A stretch of 64,000 nt of DNA, from NCBI GenBank assembly GCA_005223125.1, contig NJBH01000007.1, forward strand, positions 64,001 through 128,000. The letters run 5' to 3'. Origin of the DNA: Promethearchaeota archaeon Loki_b32 (GTDB taxonomy: Archaea; Asgardarchaeota; Lokiarchaeia; Sigyniarchaeales; SOKP01). Below are positions 10,064 through 20,523 of this stretch, one piece after another (positions within the stretch are counted from its first letter, which is position 1; each line of letters begins with the position of its first letter). The translations under genes were made by a program, and so were the position numbers. The notes under the pieces are model-generated. The model was not told the origin of the DNA, did not search any database, and worked only from the letters and a program-made list of their open reading frames with translations.

Positions 10064-10948
10064 TTAGATTAGTTTATGAGCTTCCTCGCATATATCAATA
10101 TTTTCAAACCATTTATTAATTTTATTTAATTCTTGTTGAGGAAATTCATATGAATGTTCTCGATCAGGGTATATCCCATTTATAACTTCATCTTTGTAAT
10201 TTTTCAAGGCAAGACGAATTGATTCACCGATGTTGCCAAAGTACTTAAGAAATTTGGGTTTAATATCTGTAAAGATACCTAACATGTCGTGAATCACTAA
10301 AATTTGCCCATCACAATACGGTCCAGCGCCAATACCAATAGTTGGGACATTAACGCTACTTGTAATTAATTTTGCTATTTGCCAAGGAATGCTTTCTAGA
10401 ACAATTGAAAAAACACCAGATTCTTCTAAATTTTTTGCATCTAATATTAATTTCTTTGCCGCTTCAATAGTCTTTCCTTGTACTAAAAATCCTCCGAACT
10501 CATAAATAGCTTGAGGCGTAAGACCAATATGTCCCATTACTTGGATATCTGCGTTGATCATTGCATTAATTGTAGGACATATTTCTGTTCCTCCCTCAAC
10601 CTTAACTGCCTCAGCACCACCTTCTTGAATAAATCGTCCCGCATTTTTGATAGCCTCATTAGGATCTATTTTATAGGATAGAAAAGGCATATCTCCAACA
10701 ATTAATGCATTTGATACTCCTCGACTAACTGCTTTAGTATGATGAATCATTTCATCCATAGTCACGGACAAAGTGTTTTTATATCCAAGCATTACCATTG
10801 ATAGTGAATCTCCGACAAGAATAAGATCTATATCACTATCATCAACAATTTTCGCAAAAGAATAGTCATAGGAAGTAATAGTTACAATTTTTTCACTTTT
10901 TTTTTTCTTTTCTAAAATATCTTTTACGGTTATTTTTTGTAAAGCCAT
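10064..10948 (-). CDS. panB: 3-methyl-2-oxobutanoate hydroxymethyltransferase
   Basis: LVGDSL, GDMPF, VKVEGG, GHIGLTPQ, IGIGAG, DGQILV. Confidence 0.97.
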   Translation of the reverse strand: MALQKITVKDILEKKKKSEKIVTITSYDYSFAKIVDDSDIDLILVGDSLSMVMLGYKNTLSVTMDEMIHHTKAVSRGVSNALIVGDMPFLSYKIDPNEAIKNAGRFIQEGGAEAVKVEGGTEICPTINAMINADIQVMGHIGLTPQAIYEFGGFLVQGKTIEAAKKLILDAKNLEESGVFSIVLESIPWQIAKLITSSVNVPTIGIGAGPYCDGQILVIHDMLGIFTDIKPKFLKYFGNIGESIRLALKNYKDEVINGIYPDREHSYEFPQQELNKINKWFENIDICEEAHKLI

Positions 10949-11184
10949 ATGTTCAAATAACTAATTAGTTTTGAAAAATTTTATGAAAATTTGATCAATT
11001 TTAAATAATACATTCTCAAATTAACCTTCATTTTAATGATTTTTCCTTCTCGATCATAACAAGTTATTCAATTTAATTAAGATAAAAACAAATTTGGTAA
11101 TTGTAATTAATTTGATTTTCATCAATAAGACTTTTTAATCTTCATATATTAATCCTAATAGTTTAAAAAGAGGTTTATAAAACT

Positions 11185-12213
11185 ATGGTAGATCCGAAGG
11201 ATATTGATTTCTATTCATTAGGTTTTAATTTTATTGAAACAAAGACTATGTTTATGGCTACTCATAAGAATGGGAAATGGAACGAAGGAGAATTAATGCC
11301 ATTTGGAAATTTTGAAATTTCACCAGCATCCTGTGTAATAAATTATGGACAAGGTATTTTTGAAGGAATGAAAGCCTTAAAAGGTAAAAATGGAGAAATT
11401 ACATTATTTCGACCTAAAGAAAATGCGAAGAGATTCAATTTTAGTGCTAGAAGGATGCTAATGCCCGAATATGATGTGGATAAATTTGTTGATACCGTGA
11501 AGAGAGTTGTAAAGGAAAATGAAGAATATATTCCACCTTATGATAGTGGAGGAGCTTTATATATCCGGCCTATTTTATTTGGATATGGGCCAATTCTGGG
11601 AGTACATTCAGCAGAAGAATTTAAATTGATTATTTTTACAGTTCCCGTTGGACCTTACTTTCCAGAAGGCTTTAAAGGAATTAATTTGGAAATATCAAAA
11701 AAATATACGAGAGCCGCTCCGGGAGGGACTGGTTCAGCAAAGACAATATGTAATTATGCTGGGACAATGTTACCAGCAAAAGAATCAAAGGCAAGAGGAT
11801 TTGCCCAAATTCTTTATTTAGATGCGATTCATATGGAATATATCGAGGAAGTCGGTGCTGCAAATTTTTTCGCAATGATTAATGGTAAATTAGCAACTCC
11901 AAGAAAGTCTGGTACGATTTTAGAAGGAATTACAAGAGAATCTATTTTAGAACTTGCATCCAAAAAGCTAGGGATAGAGATTGAAGAACGAGATATGTCT
12001 TATAAAGAACTATATGACGAGTCATGTACTGAAGTATTCTGTGCTGGAACAGCGGCAGTTATAACACCAATTGCATCAGTTACTTTAGAAGGTAAAGAAC
12101 GGATATTTAATAACAGAGAACCAGGCGAAATAACAAATAAAGTATATAAATTATTAACAGGGATTCAAAGATTAGATATTGAAGACGAATTTGGATGGAT
12201 CATAAAAGTATAA
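11185..12213 (+). CDS. ilvE: Branched-chain amino acid aminotransferase
   Basis: YGQGIFEGMKA, LYIRP, AKTICNY, EEVGAANFF, ILEGITR, GTAAVITP. Confidence 0.95.
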   Translation: MVDPKDIDFYSLGFNFIETKTMFMATHKNGKWNEGELMPFGNFEISPASCVINYGQGIFEGMKALKGKNGEITLFRPKENAKRFNFSARRMLMPEYDVDKFVDTVKRVVKENEEYIPPYDSGGALYIRPILFGYGPILGVHSAEEFKLIIFTVPVGPYFPEGFKGINLEISKKYTRAAPGGTGSAKTICNYAGTMLPAKESKARGFAQILYLDAIHMEYIEEVGAANFFAMINGKLATPRKSGTILEGITRESILELASKKLGIEIEERDMSYKELYDESCTEVFCAGTAAVITPIASVTLEGKERIFNNREPGEITNKVYKLLTGIQRLDIEDEFGWIIKV

Positions 12214-12234
12214 TTATTTTTTAATCCAAATTTT

Positions 12235-12744
12235 TTAATTTGAAATCCTATTTAATAAAGAATTAAAAGCCTCTTTAACATTATATCCTGTTTTTGATGA
12301 GATTTTTAAATAACCTATTATGTTATTATATTTATTGATTATTCCAGAAACGTACTCATCAAAAATTTTACATTCGTGAAAATTAATTATATCACATTTT
12401 GTTCCTAATAAAAACACTGAAATTTTTCCATTTTCATTTAATTTCTTTATCCATTCTTCGGCACTTTCAAGAGTATTAAATCGGGATAAATCAAATAAAA
12501 TAAACGCAGCTATAGACCCATCAACGAAATTGGATAATAAATGCTTAAATTGATTTTGACCAGCAAAATCCCACATTACAAAATTATATTCATGCCCATT
12601 TACTGTGAGATTTTTTGAAAAAAAATCAACTCCCTTAGTTAGCTTACTATTATCATCGAAATTATCATGAATTAAACGATTGAGAAAAGAAGTTTTCCCA
12701 ACACCACCATCTCCCGAAACGATGAGTTTTACTGTTTTTTTCAT
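12235..12744 (-). CDS. Small Ras/Rab-superfamily GTPase
   Basis: GDGGVGKT, TKGVDF, WDFAGQ, GTKCD, ISSKTG. Confidence 0.9.
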   Translation of the reverse strand: MKKTVKLIVSGDGGVGKTSFLNRLIHDNFDDNSKLTKGVDFFSKNLTVNGHEYNFVMWDFAGQNQFKHLLSNFVDGSIAAFILFDLSRFNTLESAEEWIKKLNENGKISVFLLGTKCDIINFHECKIFDEYVSGIINKYNNIIGYLKISSKTGYNVKEAFNSLLNRISN

Positions 12745-12909
12745 ATTAATATTATTTATTTTATTTTAAATTTAAAAAAGTACGATAAAATATGATTTCC
12801 GTAATAATAGAACATAAAAAAATTTTACGAGTTCTTCAATACTTTTCTTACTTAAATGTAAAAAAACTATAATCAAAAAATATGAGAAAAAGAATGAAAG
12901 GCAACTAAT

Positions 12910-13293
12910 TTATTCAATTCTGGAACTTCCTATACAGATAAGATCTCCCTTTTCATTCTATACTTTTGCTTTACAGAAAAAGATATTTTTTCCACTCTTA
13001 ATACATTTTGCTATTGCTTTTAGACGCCCACTAGAAACTGGTTTTAGAAAATCAACTTGTAAATCTATTGTTGTTACATATCCTTTAGGAAGAATCAACG
13101 AAATCGCCGTATATGCACAAATAGAATCAACAAGAGAAGCTAACACGCCACCATGAATTAATCCATACTGGGTTAATTTATCTCTTATTTTGATTTCAAA
13201 AATAGCTCTTCCATTAGAAATCTCTTGAAGCTCAAAACCTAATATTGAATAGTATGGTATTCTATCATAGAGGAGTTTTATTAAATCATCCAT
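12910..13293 (-). pseudogene. PaaI-family thioesterase interrupted by in-frame TAG at 12958-12960 (nonsense allele, error or readthrough)
   Basis: HGGVLASLVD hotdog motif; reads KAKV*NEKGDLICIGSSRIE*, so the expected last beta-strand follows the TAG. Confidence 0.7.
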
Positions 13294-13393
13294 AATATTT
13301 ATCTTCTATTTTAAAATTTAATTTTAACTATTAAATGAAGTCTGATAATTTTAATAAGACAAAAAAATAAAACATAAGAAATCTAATTAACTT

Positions 13394-14281
13394 TTGATGC
13401 TAAAGTTTACAATAAACAAATTCCTTGACCTTAGATTAGAAGATGGGAAGACGAATGTATATGTAAACAATGAATTATTTATACACTGCAAATATATTTT
13501 ATTGGATATAACTTTAGATAAAATTGAAGAATTCGAACGAATTTATTCGATAGATGAAGCTATAGAAAGATTAAATAAGTATGTTGAAATTCCAAGGGAT
13601 AACAAAAGAAAATTATTTCCAGAAACGATTTTTTGGGCTCATTGTTCAAATTTTCAAGTATGGTATGAAAATGAATATAATACATGTTTGATCCATAGTA
13701 ATTTGGCATTTCCTTTACTTAAAGAATTGACTAAGGCAGGGGATACGCTTGCAGCAAAAGTTTTCAGAGAAGAAGTGGCTAAAAGATTTGAAAAAAGTAA
13801 TATGAATGTGAGACAGTTTTTATTGTATAATCATTATTTGGATTGTCTAAATAAAGAGGAATTAGATATTTTACTAAAACAATCAAAATCTAGTTTAATT
13901 TTCAGTGTTACTACTCAACTCAAAGACTTACTAAATTCCAATCTCGCTAATTTTAAGGAAATAAAAGAACTGATAGATATTATAGTTTTTATCGACTTAG
14001 TTTATAATCGTAATTTGATTATTCACGTTTTAGATAAATTAAATACGAAGAAAAGAAGTCATTTTGCACGTTTTTTAATTTTTCATCTAAATTATAAAGA
14101 GTTTATCAGCTATAAAATACCTTATGGGAGATTTTCAACTTATTTTGAGGATGTTCTTAAGAATATATATGTAAATTATCCAGAAATTAAGGAATTTCTA
14201 AAATCTATCGATTCTGGCTTTTTAAACAACTCTCTTTCTTTAGATGAGAGTCAATCCTATGGTTTTGTATCTTATCTTTGA
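13394..14281 (+). CDS. Lokiarchaeal expanded-family protein (domain often LRR-associated)
   Basis: INKFLDLRLE..TNVYVN..CKYILL..SIDEA..FWAHCSNFQVW..HSNLAFPLLK..AGD signature. Confidence 0.7.
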   Translation: MMLKFTINKFLDLRLEDGKTNVYVNNELFIHCKYILLDITLDKIEEFERIYSIDEAIERLNKYVEIPRDNKRKLFPETIFWAHCSNFQVWYENEYNTCLIHSNLAFPLLKELTKAGDTLAAKVFREEVAKRFEKSNMNVRQFLLYNHYLDCLNKEELDILLKQSKSSLIFSVTTQLKDLLNSNLANFKEIKELIDIIVFIDLVYNRNLIIHVLDKLNTKKRSHFARFLIFHLNYKEFISYKIPYGRFSTYFEDVLKNIYVNYPEIKEFLKSIDSGFLNNSLSLDESQSYGFVSYL

Positions 14282-14312
14282 GCTTTTAAAGATTATTAAT
14301 AAAAACTTATTC

Positions 14313-15098
14313 TTATATCACTAAATGTTTTTCAAGATAATAATAACTGTAAGCTTTTTCAAGCCCTAGTTTTGTATACAAATTCATAGCTTCCATATTC
14401 TCAATTTCTACTTGTAGCCAAATTCTTTGAGCTCGGTTTGGTATACCCCATTCATTTATAATTTTGAAAAACATTGAAGTAGCAATTTTTTGCTGTCGTA
14501 TATCTGGATCTACCAGTACCTCAGCTATATATAAAAATCCATGCGAATCTAATACTCCCATCAAAGTTCCTACCACTTTATTTTCATATTCAGCTATTAT
14601 ATAACGTTTTTGTGGAATAATAATTCTGCTCGCTAATCTATTTAAAACATTCTGAGCTTGCAGATCTCGTTTAGAAAATTTTGACAAAAAGGATGAGATT
14701 TTATTTACTCTTTCAGAATAGAAATCATATGAAAATTCATCATTAATTATTTCATTTCTTAATTTTTGGAGAGGAGCTATCATTGTGTGGGTAATACACC
14801 CTAATTGTTGGTATCCATGTTCTATCAATTTAACATCTAGATTGTCTGGTTCAAAATAATCTGGAATTGTAAAAATTGCTGGTAAGTTATAAGCTTGATA
14901 AGCTTTTTCAACAAAAATTATGTCTCTTTCCAAGTTATTCGGGTCACCTGTGTAATTTAGAGGGAAAACAGAATTTGCTCGAGAAGTCACTCCCTCAGTA
15001 AAGCGCATTATCCAACCGTTTAAGAAGTAATAATGATGTGCTGGCCAAGATTTCATTAAAATTTCTTGTAATTTTTTGATTTCTTCTATTTTCAACAT
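14313..15098 (-). CDS. GNAT-family acetyltransferase
   Basis: GVTSRANSV; RQQKIA..WLQVE..N..AMNLYTKLG. Confidence 0.85.
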   Translation of the reverse strand: MLKIEEIKKLQEILMKSWPAHHYYFLNGWIMRFTEGVTSRANSVFPLNYTGDPNNLERDIIFVEKAYQAYNLPAIFTIPDYFEPDNLDVKLIEHGYQQLGCITHTMIAPLQKLRNEIINDEFSYDFYSERVNKISSFLSKFSKRDLQAQNVLNRLASRIIIPQKRYIIAEYENKVVGTLMGVLDSHGFLYIAEVLVDPDIRQQKIATSMFFKIINEWGIPNRAQRIWLQVEIENMEAMNLYTKLGLEKAYSYYYLEKHLVI

Positions 15099-15210
15099 TT
15101 ATCTCTCAACCTTCTATTCCATTAAGATTGAATTTTATAAAAAAAAAATTTATTTGTATTTATCTATTTTGTAATTTAAATCAATTATGTACTTTAGATA
15201 ATATAAAATT

Positions 15211-15816
15211 ATGATAAGAAACATAATTTTTGATTTAGGCAATGTATTATTAAATTTTAAACCAGAGAAATTTTTGCTCAGATATACCAAGGACGAAAAT
15301 TATATACAAAATTTTATTTTTAAAGTGATTAGGAATAAAATTTGGTTTAATTTAGATCGTGGTACAATTTCACTTGAAGATGCTAAAGAAGAGTTTCTTA
15401 AAAAATATCCTGAAGATATGAGTTTCATAATTACTTTCTTTGATCATTGGATGGAAATGCTTACCCCTATAGAAGAAAATGTAAAAATTTTACATGATTT
15501 AAAATCTAATGGTTATAATACTTATATCTTGTCCAATTTTATTGAAGAAGCATTTGAAATTATCCAAAAAAAACATCAATTCTTTTCACTTTTTGAGGGG
15601 AGAATTATTTCATGCCAAGAAAAGGTTATCAAACCCGAGATTGAAATTTATCAAAAACTAATTAATAAATATAATTTAGTACCAGAACAATGTGTTTTCA
15701 TTGATGATATTCGTTCATTCTTATCCCGAGCGAGAAAATTAAATATGAAAACGATCTGGTTTTCACCGGATACCGATTTACGTACAGAATTGAGAAATTT
15801 GGATGTAAATATTTAA
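15211..15816 (+). CDS. HAD-family phosphatase
   Basis: FDLGNVL, ILSN, KPE..IY, FIDD. Confidence 0.92.
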   Translation: MIRNIIFDLGNVLLNFKPEKFLLRYTKDENYIQNFIFKVIRNKIWFNLDRGTISLEDAKEEFLKKYPEDMSFIITFFDHWMEMLTPIEENVKILHDLKSNGYNTYILSNFIEEAFEIIQKKHQFFSLFEGRIISCQEKVIKPEIEIYQKLINKYNLVPEQCVFIDDIRSFLSRARKLNMKTIWFSPDTDLRTELRNLDVNI

Positions 15817-15824
15817 AAATTTAT

Positions 15825-16664
15825 TTATATTTCTTTTCGGTTTTTCTTAAACCATTCAATAGCGAAATTTACGATTTTTCTTTGTGATATTAATCTAGAT
15901 TCTGCTAATCCTACTTTAGACGGATTATATTTAATTTTTGATTCAAATTCTTTTCCTAATTGCTCAAAATCATCTGTATTAAGATCTAATTCTTTCCACT
16001 TTACCCATTGTCTTTCATTATTTATTAGTATCGCAGACCCATTTAATTTATATTGTTTTCTTAAACTATCACTTCGGTATTCTGCAAGATGTAAGGAAGT
16101 ATTATTTTCATGGGAAACACCTACTATTAATATTTGTCCATCAAGTTCATAGATTCGAGATAATGGAGAATTTTCGCCGAGATCAGCTGTTAAATCATGA
16201 TTTTTTGTAATAAATTCCGCATATTTCCCCCATGCGGCAAATGAAGATGTAGGATGATTACTACGAATAACCTTTGGCCATTTTCTAAATGTTTCTACAA
16301 TAGTTCCCATTCCTCTGGTAGGTGTTATTTTAGGATTATAAGCAGGCATTTCGTTTCGAATAACATCCCACCAACTTTTAGGCACGGGAGGATTTTCCCA
16401 TTGAGATGGATCTGTATTATCACCTGAAAACGTTGGCATAATTAGGGTTCCTTCAGATGTAAGAATTTCCATTAAAGCTTTTATAACAGCAACCGGACCA
16501 CCAACAGTCCACCCGATCTTACTTAATGAACTATGCATGATAACAACTAATCCAGGTCTAATTCCAAGTGTTTTAAAATTATGTTTCAATGTGGTTATTG
16601 TATTAGGATATCGAGTAGATCTAATAACATCTATCTCAGATTTTTTATTATCTTCAGCTTCCAT
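15825..16664 (-). CDS. AAC(3)/YokD-family N-acetyltransferase
   Basis: HSSLSKIGWTVGG, GTLIMPT, RSNHP..SFAAWG, NTSLHLAE. Confidence 0.92.
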   Translation of the reverse strand: MEAEDNKKSEIDVIRSTRYPNTITTLKHNFKTLGIRPGLVVIMHSSLSKIGWTVGGPVAVIKALMEILTSEGTLIMPTFSGDNTDPSQWENPPVPKSWWDVIRNEMPAYNPKITPTRGMGTIVETFRKWPKVIRSNHPTSSFAAWGKYAEFITKNHDLTADLGENSPLSRIYELDGQILIVGVSHENNTSLHLAEYRSDSLRKQYKLNGSAILINNERQWVKWKELDLNTDDFEQLGKEFESKIKYNPSKVGLAESRLISQRKIVNFAIEWFKKNRKEI

Positions 16665-16778
16665 AAAGATATTGAATTTTAAATATTAAAAAAAAATTTT
16701 GATTAAATAACGCCTTCGACAAAAATAATAAATTCATACTCTGTTTTTCTTTAAAAACGAACAACTTATGATATATTT

Positions 16779-17501
16779 ATGGTTGACAATCATAGCTATA
16801 GTTTTTTTGGTCAAAAAGTAGGGTTAATAATTCAAAGTTCTTCTAAAAATGAGCCTTTTATCTTTTTTAGACTCATTAAAAGCAAAAACGATGGGTCTTG
16901 GGAAAAACCTAGTAGTGGAGAAGGCAAAATAATTAAATTCTCATTAGAAGAAATGGTTTGGATTATCCGAGTATTAAATAAAGAAGTAAATTCATGGTCA
17001 AGTTATCATACTTTTAAGGATAATAAAACTCCGATATCTTTCAAATGGGATGATGGAGAAAAAGCGAAATTATGGATTCATATCGGTTCCTATTCAAAGG
17101 TGCTAGAGTATGCTCAATTTAAGATATTAGAAATGCTACTAACACATATACTGAAAGAAAAAATAGAATTTGCTACTGCTCCTAATTGGGCAAAGAAACG
17201 GAATGTCGATACCTTAAGCAATATTGTTATACAGGAGGAAATTATTACAGATAGTAGTAAAAATATTATTAGAAATAACGAATCAAACTCAATCAATAAT
17301 GGAAAACCTAGTGAGATAGAAGACATCGTTGGAACGATTAAAGGCGAAACCAATAAGGCCTTACTCATTCAATTTGAAAATGAAGTAGAAATCTGGATAC
17401 CTAAGTCGACAATTCATTCTGGGTTCAACAATGCTAAAAATTTAGTTCAAAAATTCAGTATTGATAGTTGGATTTTAAAAAAAAACAGAGTATTATCTTA
17501 A
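16779..17501 (+). CDS. Hypothetical two-domain protein
   Basis: 240-aa ORF preceded by a BRE-like CGACAAAA. Confidence 0.65.
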   Translation: MVDNHSYSFFGQKVGLIIQSSSKNEPFIFFRLIKSKNDGSWEKPSSGEGKIIKFSLEEMVWIIRVLNKEVNSWSSYHTFKDNKTPISFKWDDGEKAKLWIHIGSYSKVLEYAQFKILEMLLTHILKEKIEFATAPNWAKKRNVDTLSNIVIQEEIITDSSKNIIRNNESNSINNGKPSEIEDIVGTIKGETNKALLIQFENEVEIWIPKSTIHSGFNNAKNLVQKFSIDSWILKKNRVLS

Positions 17502-17513
17502 CACTTCACAATA

Positions 17514-17648
17514 ATGCCTGAATCTGGAGAGATTAATGGAGAAAAATATAGGTTTATAATTTATCATGGACATATTCATATATTAGTAAGACAAGAAGAA
17601 AATGAAGATCCAGATAATATCTATGATAAAAAAAATCCTGAATTTTAA
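17514..17648 (+). pseudogene. Small ORF or gene remnant (44 aa, MPESGEINGEKYRF...)
   Basis: Short ATG ORF followed by coding-like broken frames to about 17770. Confidence 0.3.
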
Positions 17649-17792
17649 ACAATTGCGGGATATGAATCAAACCAATTTTCTAAGTGAAAATATCCTGATA
17701 ATCCCAAAGATTTTGAAAATTGAAGATAAAAAAGTCGAGGGATTATAGAGCCCCGTTGAAAAAATGAAATTTACACTTATTTCTAAAATTTA

Positions 17793-18212
17793 CTAATCTT
17801 TTATACTGCTTTTCCTAACTTTAAAAATTGAGAATGTACCATATGCTTTAGAAACAAGAGTTCCATTATTTAAGATATTTGATTCAAGAATCCCTAAACT
17901 TTTACCTTTATGAATTACTGTTGTATCACAGATAAGGTTTCCTTCTCTAACTGGTTTAAAATATGTTATTTTAATCTCAACGGTTGCACATAATTCGTCT
18001 TTTTCTAAAAGAGAATATAACGCTCCTCCCATTCCTGTGTCCGCCATCGAATATAAAACACCTCCGTGGAGTGTTTTATGAGGATTCATTAATTTTTCTA
18101 CTACGTCTAACACACATTGTGAATCTCCATTACCAAATTTAGTGAACTTTAAACCAATTAAGTCACCAAACGGATGAAATCCTTTTGCTCCAATAGAAGT
18201 CTTTTTAGACAT
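17793..18212 (-). CDS. PaaI-family thioesterase
   Basis: NPHKTLHGGVLYSMADTGMG. Confidence 0.92.
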   Translation of the reverse strand: MSKKTSIGAKGFHPFGDLIGLKFTKFGNGDSQCVLDVVEKLMNPHKTLHGGVLYSMADTGMGGALYSLLEKDELCATVEIKITYFKPVREGNLICDTTVIHKGKSLGILESNILNNGTLVSKAYGTFSIFKVRKSSIKD

Positions 18213-18265
18213 ACTATAGATAAAATTTATTGAAATTTAACCTTTATTAGGATCATCTTAGACTT

Positions 18266-18475
18266 TTATTGTTTAGATGAGCAATAACAATACTTCTGAT
18301 GTTTACTTATGCAACAATTACAGAAAGTTTCTCCACATAAGACACAAACGATCTCTTCGTCATTGTGAATATTCAAAGTTATTTCACAACGATTACAATG
18401 CCGATATCTCTCTGAAAATGAATTTTTATATTCTTGAAATTTTTTATCTTTCAGTTTTAAGATAAAACTTAACAT
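18266..18475 (-). CDS. Small Cys-rich zinc-finger protein
   Basis: CNRC..CVLC..FCNCC..H..C. Confidence 0.6.
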   Translation of the reverse strand: MLSFILKLKDKKFQEYKNSFSERYRHCNRCEITLNIHNDEEIVCVLCGETFCNCCISKHQKYCYCSSKQ

Positions 18476-18612
18476 ATTTTAAACTCACATGGATTATATT
18501 TACATTATTTTGAAATTGAGTTTTAAAAACACCGAGTAAATAAAACTAAATTAAAATGATACAGTCATTTTACTAATTCTTAGATATTCCGATACTATTT
18601 CTAAGGTTAGTT

Positions 18613-18906
18613 CTATTTCAAATCATCAACTAATTCAAGAAATTCTGTATAAGGAATGGCCGTCCAACTCTCTGCAAATGAAGCACCAGCAGAACGAGAA
18701 AGCAACGAAACTTTAGTTGCTTCTAATTCGTTTTTTACTTCAAAAATATCAATAAAATCATACGGACCTAATATGGCATAATGGGCAATCCATTTAATAC
18801 TTGGTACTTTTTCTCTGACTAGCTTTAAAAACTTTTCACCTTGTTCCTTCCTTTTTTCAACTAAATCGGGATTTCGAAGTTTAGTTGCGAGTATAAATAT
18901 TGGCAC
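18613..18906 (-). CDS. GYD-domain protein
   Basis: YAILGPYDFIDIFE..ESWTAIP. Confidence 0.85.
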   Translation of the reverse strand: MPIFILATKLRNPDLVEKRKEQGEKFLKLVREKVPSIKWIAHYAILGPYDFIDIFEVKNELEATKVSLLSRSAGASFAESWTAIPYTEFLELVDDLK

Positions 18907-19437
18907 AATATATGCATGAGTAATCTTTAGCTATAAACATTACTTTAGATCAATTCTAGATGAGGTTTAATTTACTCATGAAATAAGCTGAAATTGATTT
19001 TCATGAACGGAAGAAGAATAAAATGAAAAAAAAAGAAATATTTGTTCTTATCTCATTACTCCTTAAAAGTTCAAAAAGAACGAATCACTATTTACCTTTT
19101 TGTAATAATTATAAATAGGAAATATTTAAATTTAAGCCTTAGAGACTGAGAAAGTACTGAAATTAAAAATAAATAAGTGTAGTATTGTGTGTTATTTTAA
19201 AAGAAATCATTTTAATGAACTTTCTTCTTATTATCTCATATTAAACTATTAGGATAAAGATTTATGAAATTCGTATCTGTACAGATAGAAATTCTAGAAT
19301 CAAGAAAAGATTCTATCATAATTTTTAATATATTAAGATTCAAGATATTCTTAATTTATCAATACAATATAATATACCTTAAATTAAATCATTAAATTAA
19401 TCTTCTAAAATCATTAAAATCGTAATTGTGATGTGTT

Positions 19438-20427
19438 TTGAAAGAAAAAGCTTTCTTAAAATATCTTCTAGACAATAAAGTATCTCAAGAACAAGCCGAT
19501 ATATTTGTTTCCAGGCTCGATGATTTTAATAAATTTCTAAAAACAGAAAATTTAGATGTTGATTCAATTCCTAATGGTAAAATACTCGAATATACAGAAC
19601 ATTTAGTTGAAAGTAAAAGCGATACTATATTGGATTTATTAAGAGCGGTAATCAATTATGCTAATTTCACAAAAAAATATGATTATATAATTGAAGTTAC
19701 TGATATTTCAGAATCGTTTAATGCAATGGATAATCTTTATACCAGACTTGCTGATCAATTCAATGAACAAATTCGAGATGCAATATTTGAGAATGTAAGT
19801 ATTCTTCCTTTAGGAACTGATCCAGATAAAAAACCAGATATAACAAAAGTAGTTATGAAAAGATTAGAAGAAAAGCTTGGGGAAGATAAAACGATAGAAT
19901 TATTAGCACCTTGCTTACACGGTCGTCCTCTTGAACCAATTAAAAAAGATAGAGAGGATTTCATTAAATTAAACGACATTGATGTATTCATAAAACTAAA
20001 GAAACACGAATTCGTTGAACAAGCTCAAAAACACCAAAAAGAGGGAACACTATTGTATGCTCAGTATGTAGATGATGAAGTAGTAGAATATATAAAAAAT
20101 TCTCCAACAATTACTCCCGGAATAAGAAAAGGAGACAAAATAATAGCTACAAAAACACCTTATCAAATTAAAAAATTTCTGAATGCTAAAGAGGAAAAGA
20201 TGAAAAGATATTATAGTTGTTATTGTGCTTGGGTACGTGGTGCAATTAAAAATGGTACTGAAAAAGAAATTTCTCCTAATTTCTGTTATTGCAGCACAGG
20301 ATTTACCAAAAAATATTGGGATATAATTTTCGATCAACCAATAAAGATTGAACCACTTGAAACACCTCTTACTGGAGCATTAGAATGTAAATTTGCTATA
20401 CATATTCCTAAAGAATTTCAAAAATAA
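19438..20427 (+). CDS. DUF6144-like hypothetical protein
   Basis: CYCAWV, FCYCSTGF..W, G..ECKFAIHI. Confidence 0.65.
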   Translation: MKEKAFLKYLLDNKVSQEQADIFVSRLDDFNKFLKTENLDVDSIPNGKILEYTEHLVESKSDTILDLLRAVINYANFTKKYDYIIEVTDISESFNAMDNLYTRLADQFNEQIRDAIFENVSILPLGTDPDKKPDITKVVMKRLEEKLGEDKTIELLAPCLHGRPLEPIKKDREDFIKLNDIDVFIKLKKHEFVEQAQKHQKEGTLLYAQYVDDEVVEYIKNSPTITPGIRKGDKIIATKTPYQIKKFLNAKEEKMKRYYSCYCAWVRGAIKNGTEKEISPNFCYCSTGFTKKYWDIIFDQPIKIEPLETPLTGALECKFAIHIPKEFQK

Positions 20428-20523
20428 AGGAAATTATAATATTTTGCAATTTAGGTACTTTTTTAATGTAGCTTCACGTACTGACATGGCTAAAATTCTA
20501 TTTTCCTCTCCAGGTATAAAAAT

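Noticed and set aside
15825-16664. Aminoglycoside resistance gene
   Set aside because: YokD-like homologues are widespread and often not resistance determinants; no mobile context
18907-19437. 530-bp intergenic gap as an ncRNA or origin
   Set aside because: Very AT-rich with no recognisable repeats, ORB boxes or stable structure
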